Positions 59,485 to 64,000 of a stretch of 64,000 bases of DNA are shown piece after piece. Position numbers and translations under genes: made by a program. Numbering within the stretch: the first letter of the stretch is position 1; every line of letters starts with the position of its first letter. Origin of the DNA: Bacilli bacterium (GTDB taxonomy: Bacteria > Bacillota_I > Bacilli_A > RFN20 > CAG-826); the NCBI GenBank assembly GCA_034185265.1, contig JAXFZD010000021.1, positions 5,734 to 69,733 of the forward strand. The letters are read 5' to 3'. Under the pieces are notes generated by a model. That model saw nothing but the letters and a program-made list of their open reading frames with translations. It ran no database searches and had not been told where the DNA came from.

Positions 59485-60876
59485 TTAATTTTTTAAGCGG
59501 ATTTTGCGGGCATTTTTGACAATTTGCCTTAATTCTGAGTCAATTTTATTTAGATAAGCCGAGTTATATGAGCCAAGAATTACTTGCCCTGGAACTTGGC
59601 CTTTTCTTATATTTTTATGAAGTGTATATTCGATTTCTCCTGAGGACAAATCACTTAAAATAAGAATAATTTGACAGGCGGTTTCTATTTCTTTATTTGA
59701 TGGAGAGACTTTTTTCAAAATCAAATGTGAGCTAGGTCTATCTTTTAGATGGAAGAAGAGGTAGTTTGGATTTGTTTCAATTCCAAAAGTTAATAGATCG
59801 TTTTGAGATGAAGTTTTGCCAAATCTATAGACTACATCATTAATAATAACTTCATAAGGAAGAGCGGGAGATATTTGAATTTTCTTTTTAGAGTTCAAAT
59901 TATTTAAATGATTCTCCGCAATAAATCTATCAAGAGCAGCTTCTGATGACACACTTAAAAGACAAAGAAGTGTCTCATATTCAATTAGATCCTCTTTGGC
60001 CTTTTCTGTTTGGATTGAACTTTCTTCTATGCATTTTTTTGCTTTCTTTGATTTTTTATAAAAATCATTAGCAAAATTTGAAAGTGATTTATCTTTAGGA
60101 ATTTCTATTTTTCTATCCTCATAAATAAAGAAAGATTTATTTAATAATTCATCGTAATTTGTGTAGATAAAGTCACCTATTTCATTGTAATTTAGTTCTT
60201 TTTTAGACTGCTCTTTCTCATTTTCAATTGAATTGATTTTCTTTTTTAATGACTTAATTTTACGAGTCAAAAAACTTTTTATTTGTTTATATTTATCATC
60301 TTTTCGTCTATTCAAGATTTTTTGTTCATTTGCTTTGCAGAACTCGTAATAATCTTCTAAAGAATCTTCTTCAATTTGAGCTGAATTTACTGTTTTAGAT
60401 GGCAAAGTATAATTCATTCCCTTAAACAGAGGGCGAGAATAGGTGAGCGGGGTAGGTCTTAAAACAAAATAAATATTATCTTGCTCATTGAGAATTAAGA
60501 AATTTGCTCTATTTGTAATAAGCTCGACAATTATATATTTTATTTCTTTTTTAAATATCTCATTAGTCGATTCAATTTTTATTTTTAGAATACGATCTTC
60601 ATTGATTTGCTCAACTTTCAAAATCGTAGAATTTGAGAATTCCTTTCTAAACTGTAACTGTAGATTTGAGGGTGTGTTGTTTGCTTCAAAACTAGTCGAA
60701 TTTAGATATACGTATGGCCTGTTTTGTTCTAAATTAACAATTAATTCATCACTTTTATTTATGTAAAAAATGAAAATATCCTTCGTATAAATTACGACTT
60801 TGTTAATACGCTTTCCAGCTAGTTTTTCATTTAAATCTAGGGAAAGTTTTTCAATTAACTTGTTAGATATCTTCAT
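59485..60876 (-). CDS. NFACT-family protein (RqcH/FbpA-like ribosome quality-control factor), short form
   Basis: N-terminal ..L..L..KLAGKRINKV and the C-terminal NFACT-R/DUF814 motif YLFFHLKDRPSSHLILKK. About 460 aa against the usual ~570. ATG 60876 is preferred over TTG 60882. Confidence 0.7.
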   Translation of the reverse strand: MKISNKLIEKLSLDLNEKLAGKRINKVVIYTKDIFIFYINKSDELIVNLEQNRPYVYLNSTSFEANNTPSNLQLQFRKEFSNSTILKVEQINEDRILKIKIESTNEIFKKEIKYIIVELITNRANFLILNEQDNIYFVLRPTPLTYSRPLFKGMNYTLPSKTVNSAQIEEDSLEDYYEFCKANEQKILNRRKDDKYKQIKSFLTRKIKSLKKKINSIENEKEQSKKELNYNEIGDFIYTNYDELLNKSFFIYEDRKIEIPKDKSLSNFANDFYKKSKKAKKCIEESSIQTEKAKEDLIEYETLLCLLSVSSEAALDRFIAENHLNNLNSKKKIQISPALPYEVIINDVVYRFGKTSSQNDLLTFGIETNPNYLFFHLKDRPSSHLILKKVSPSNKEIETACQIILILSDLSSGEIEYTLHKNIRKGQVPGQVILGSYNSAYLNKIDSELRQIVKNARKIRLKN

Positions 60877-60964
60877 GAGCAAGATTTTAAGTTAAGAAAT
60901 TGCATATAGCAAATCTATTATTTTAGATATTTTCTTTTCATAAAAGAAAATGTAAAATTAGCCC

Positions 60965-61522
60965 ATGTCTAAGAGAGGTAAATTAATTATTTTGTCAGGA
61001 CCAAGCGGTGTTGGTAAGGGAACTATCAGGGTCGAACTTTTCAAGCACCCTGAACTTAATTTGTTCTATAGTGTTTCGATGACTACTAGACTTCCAAGGA
61101 ATGGAGAAGTCGATGGAAAAGAATATTATTTCGTTACAAAAGAAGAATTCTTAAAAGAAATTTCAGAAAATAATTTGCTTGAATATAACGAATTTGTTGG
61201 AAATTTTTATGGTACTCCTAGAGACAAAGTTCTTAAAAAACTCGAGCAAGGTTTTAATGTTCTTCTTGAAATAGATGTTAACGGAGCTCGTAGAGTTAAG
61301 AAAAATTTACCTGAAGCTGTTTCTATTTTCCTTGCTCCTCCTTCATTAGAAGAACTTGAAGAAAGAATTAGAGGAAGAAATACAGAAACCGATGCGATTA
61401 TTCAAGAAAGATTAGAAAAGGCACGTAGTGAAATCGATCTTGAAAGTGAATATGACTATGTAATCTTGAATAAAGACGTTGAAGAAGCAGCGAATCAAAT
61501 CGCTAAGATTATTTTGAAGTGA
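60965..61522 (+). CDS. gmk: guanylate kinase
   Basis: GPSGVGKGT P-loop, TTR.PR.GE.DG.EY.F and the remaining Gmk pattern. Confidence 0.95.
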   Translation: MSKRGKLIILSGPSGVGKGTIRVELFKHPELNLFYSVSMTTRLPRNGEVDGKEYYFVTKEEFLKEISENNLLEYNEFVGNFYGTPRDKVLKKLEQGFNVLLEIDVNGARRVKKNLPEAVSIFLAPPSLEELEERIRGRNTETDAIIQERLEKARSEIDLESEYDYVILNKDVEEAANQIAKIILK

Positions 61523-61530
61523 GGTAGAAA

Positions 61531-62091
61531 ATGATAAGAATTTCAATATATGGGTTAGATCAATTTGTTGTCGGAGACTATTCAGGAGACCATACTGCAA
61601 ATATTGCAAATATTCTTGAAGTAGAAGAAGATGAAATTATCTTTTATGCTCCAAATGCAATGATTTTCCATAAAGGAATTGAGCAAACTTCTTGGAATGT
61701 TATAGTTTCTATTAATGCTCCAATCAAATTTAAGCCATTTGAGAAATTGTTAACTGAATACATTTTCAAAACTTTAAGTATGTTCGCGATTCATATTGAA
61801 ATTGAATTTGAATATTTTGAAGAAAGTTCAAGATATCAACAAATCAATAAAAAATATCCTCGTTACATTAAGAAGGAAAACATTACTCCAATAGAGGAAG
61901 TTGATGATTCCGAAGAAGAATTTGAGGAACATCATTGTGAAGATGAGCATTGTGAATGCGGACATCATCATGATCACGAGCATGAAGAAGAATCTGAAAT
62001 TGACATTAACGATGAAGAACAACTTTATTTAGGTAATGCTTTTGAAGAATTTGAAGACATGCTTGAAGAAATGGATGAAAAGAAAAATTAG
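61531..62091 (+). CDS. small protein with a DUF1904-like N-terminus and a His/Cys/Glu-rich acidic tail
   Basis: The N-terminal ~100 aa (MIRISIYGLD..IIFYAPNAMIFHKG..) resemble the tautomerase-like DUF1904 pattern. The tail reads EEHHCEDEHCECGHHHDHEHEEE. Confidence 0.45.
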   Translation: MIRISIYGLDQFVVGDYSGDHTANIANILEVEEDEIIFYAPNAMIFHKGIEQTSWNVIVSINAPIKFKPFEKLLTEYIFKTLSMFAIHIEIEFEYFEESSRYQQINKKYPRYIKKENITPIEEVDDSEEEFEEHHCEDEHCECGHHHDHEHEEESEIDINDEEQLYLGNAFEEFEDMLEEMDEKKN

Positions 62092-62100
62092 GTGATTTTA

Positions 62101-63426
62101 ATGAGAGAATTAGATTTAAGCTTAGTTGTTTTAGAAAAAATACTTGATGAAGATTGCTATTTTAATGATGCTTTAAAGCAAGTTTTTTTAAAGGATGTCG
62201 AGTCTAGACCTTGTAGAAAAGAAGTTGCTGGACTAGTTGGATGTCTTTTAAGACATTATCTCCTTTTAGAATACTTAACTGCTGAAGCAGGTTTGGCAAA
62301 AAGAGAAAGAAGACTTACTGAATTAGTTTTAGGGAATAATTATTTCTATCGTCATTTTGAAACTGCAAAGCTTAATGCAGTTTTAAAAGAAGAAATTGGA
62401 GAGCTTACCTATAATCTTATTCGTGATTTAGTAGAAAAAGAGCCGGGAAATGATAACTTTATCCCTGAAGATATCTCTAGAACATCTAATAAATATCTCT
62501 CTTTAAGATTTAATGCCCCTGAATGGTTACTTAAAATATTTGTTCATTTTGGTTATGGAACCACATATAGAACTTTAAAAAAGATGGCTAAACCTTTCGC
62601 TCCTGTTTGCAGAGTTAGAGAAAGTTTAATTAGCGTCGATGAAGTTTTAAAAATCGAAGGATTCCAAAAGACTAAAATCCCAGCTTTATTAGTTTATAAA
62701 GGAAAAGTTCCTCTAAAGAAATTAAGTGTCTATAATGAAGGAAAAATTTTCCAAATTCGTCCTGCAACTAAATTTATCTTTGATAAATATAGAGTAGAAG
62801 ATCCTTCTCAAGTTATGCTATATAATGGAAATTCTGATTCTTCTTTAGAAAAAGAATTAATCGAAAGCTATGGAAGTGAAGTCGGAATGAATATTGGCGT
62901 CAAGAATGCTATTAATAGACCTGAAATTTATAAGATTCTTAAAGAAAGACAACTTAAGAATGTAAATTTCTTTGACTGTAAAGACCCTCTTTCAATGGAA
63001 GCATACATTTCTGACTTACAAGAATTAGTTTTCTGTGCTCCAAATTCTACTAATTTTGATTTAATTCCATTTATTCCTGATTATATCCTTCACTTTAAGA
63101 AAGAAGATATGACCAAAATTTTTGAAGAAGAAAAAGCTGCTTTACATGGATGTTCTAAATTTGTCAGACTCGGTGGCTTGCTTGTTTATATGGTTTACAC
63201 AATTTCTAAAAAAGAAGGTAGAGGTATTGTTACTTCATTCCTAGAAAATCATAAAAATTTCAAAGTTATTGAAGAATCTCAAATTTTCCCATATCAAGAG
63301 CTTGATACATCTTTATATGTAGCAGTAATGGAGAAAGTTGAAGAAGAAGACACCGTTCTAATTCCCGGTTTATCAACAACTTCTACCTACGCCTCTGTTT
63401 CAATTTCTTCTGCATCTGAAAAATAA
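62101..63426 (+). CDS. RsmB/Sun-like protein with a NusB-like N-domain and a degenerate methyltransferase domain
   Basis: N-terminal LVVLEKILDEDCYFNDALKQ is NusB/RsmB-like. The C-terminal region reads VFCAPNSTNF against D-A-P-C-S-G, and GGLLVYMVYTISKKEG against GG-x-LVYSTCS-x-EEN. The gene lies directly upstream of rlmN, as rsmB does in Bacillota. ATG 62101 behind AGGTGA is preferred over GTG 62092. Confidence 0.7.
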   Translation: MRELDLSLVVLEKILDEDCYFNDALKQVFLKDVESRPCRKEVAGLVGCLLRHYLLLEYLTAEAGLAKRERRLTELVLGNNYFYRHFETAKLNAVLKEEIGELTYNLIRDLVEKEPGNDNFIPEDISRTSNKYLSLRFNAPEWLLKIFVHFGYGTTYRTLKKMAKPFAPVCRVRESLISVDEVLKIEGFQKTKIPALLVYKGKVPLKKLSVYNEGKIFQIRPATKFIFDKYRVEDPSQVMLYNGNSDSSLEKELIESYGSEVGMNIGVKNAINRPEIYKILKERQLKNVNFFDCKDPLSMEAYISDLQELVFCAPNSTNFDLIPFIPDYILHFKKEDMTKIFEEEKAALHGCSKFVRLGGLLVYMVYTISKKEGRGIVTSFLENHKNFKVIEESQIFPYQELDTSLYVAVMEKVEEEDTVLIPGLSTTSTYASVSISSASEK

Positions 63427-63427
63427 T

Positions 63428-64000
63428 ATGGAAAAAAAGAATATATTTGATTTCAGTTTGGAAAAATTAACAACTGAATTTGTTAATTTAGGTCAAACAA
63501 AATTTAGATCTAAACAACTTTTCTCATGGATTTATAAAAAGAATGTCTATGATTTTTCTTTAATGACCGACGTATCTCTCTCTTTTAGAGAGTATCTAAA
63601 TGAGAATTATTCTTTTTATTGGCCATCCATTTATAAAAAACAAATTAGTTCTGATGGAACCATTAAGCTTCTTTTAGAGATGAAAGATGGTGCTAAAGTT
63701 GAAACAGTTTTAATGAAATATAATTATGGCAATGTAATTTGTGTATCTTCTCAAGTTGGCTGTAATATGGGCTGTGCTTTCTGTGCATCTGGTTTACTTA
63801 AGAAGGAAAGAAATCTTTCTACAGGAGAGATGTTAGCTCAACTTTTAACTGTTAATTCTCTTTTAGAGAATGAAAAAGTCACTCATGTTGTTGTAATGGG
63901 AACAGGTGAACCTTTTGATAATTATGAAAATGTTTTAGATTTCATTAGAATTTGTAATCATGTTTGCGGATTAGAAATTGGCGCTAGACATATAACTGTT
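63428..64000 (+). CDS. rlmN: 23S rRNA/tRNA A-C2 methyltransferase RlmN (3'-partial, runs off the window)
   Basis: The frame is open from ATG 63428 to the window end. It reads FRSKQLFSWIYKK and the radical-SAM cluster motif CNMGCAFCASG. Confidence 0.9.
   Translation, partial: MEKKNIFDFSLEKLTTEFVNLGQTKFRSKQLFSWIYKKNVYDFSLMTDVSLSFREYLNENYSFYWPSIYKKQISSDGTIKLLLEMKDGAKVETVLMKYNYGNVICVSSQVGCNMGCAFCASGLLKKERNLSTGEMLAQLLTVNSLLENEKVTHVVVMGTGEPFDNYENVLDFIRICNHVCGLEIGARHITV

Overview
This is a gene-dense, very AT-rich 64-kb chromosomal segment. It uses the standard genetic code: TGA is a stop (for example the ATGA overlap at 4877-4880) and Trp is TGG. The gene content looks like a small-genome, probably wall-less Bacillota/Mollicutes-type lineage such as Acholeplasma or RF39. 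The supports are an N-domain-less ClpB behind a CIRCE operator, many lipoproteins, several degenerate housekeeping enzymes and no cell-wall genes in the window. This lineage call is inference only.

The core content is:
- nucleotide salvage genes (apt, upp, prs, gmk, rdgB, a uridine-kinase fusion, NUDIX)
- proteostasis genes (clpB, hslO, pepF, M24 peptidases, rqcH-like)
- a complete F1Fo ATP synthase operon (atpIBEFHAGDC) with an ATP-grasp gene appended
- glpK, ppa and trxA followed by tRNA-Asp and tRNA-Gly
- a THF riboswitch driving an ECF folate S-component
- a partial ABC exporter at the 5' edge and a partial rlmN at the 3' edge

Three regions look accessory or novel:
1. A minus-strand island at 18.2-27.9 kb encodes two full-length but highly diverged paralogous extracytoplasmic proteins of 1223 and 1350 aa. 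It also encodes a signal-anchored protein of about 323 aa and a membrane-embedded XRE regulator. A shared ATTCTC-N7-GAGAAT inverted repeat precedes two of these genes.
2. A 2348-aa polytopic membrane protein at 34.2-41.3 kb carries a cryptic recurring motif.
3. A small NERD-like/HEPN-like gene pair lies next to an XRE regulator at 9.1-11.4 kb.

I saw no transposase, integrase, CRISPR array or rRNA. All family assignments come from motifs read by eye in the supplied translations. No database search was run.
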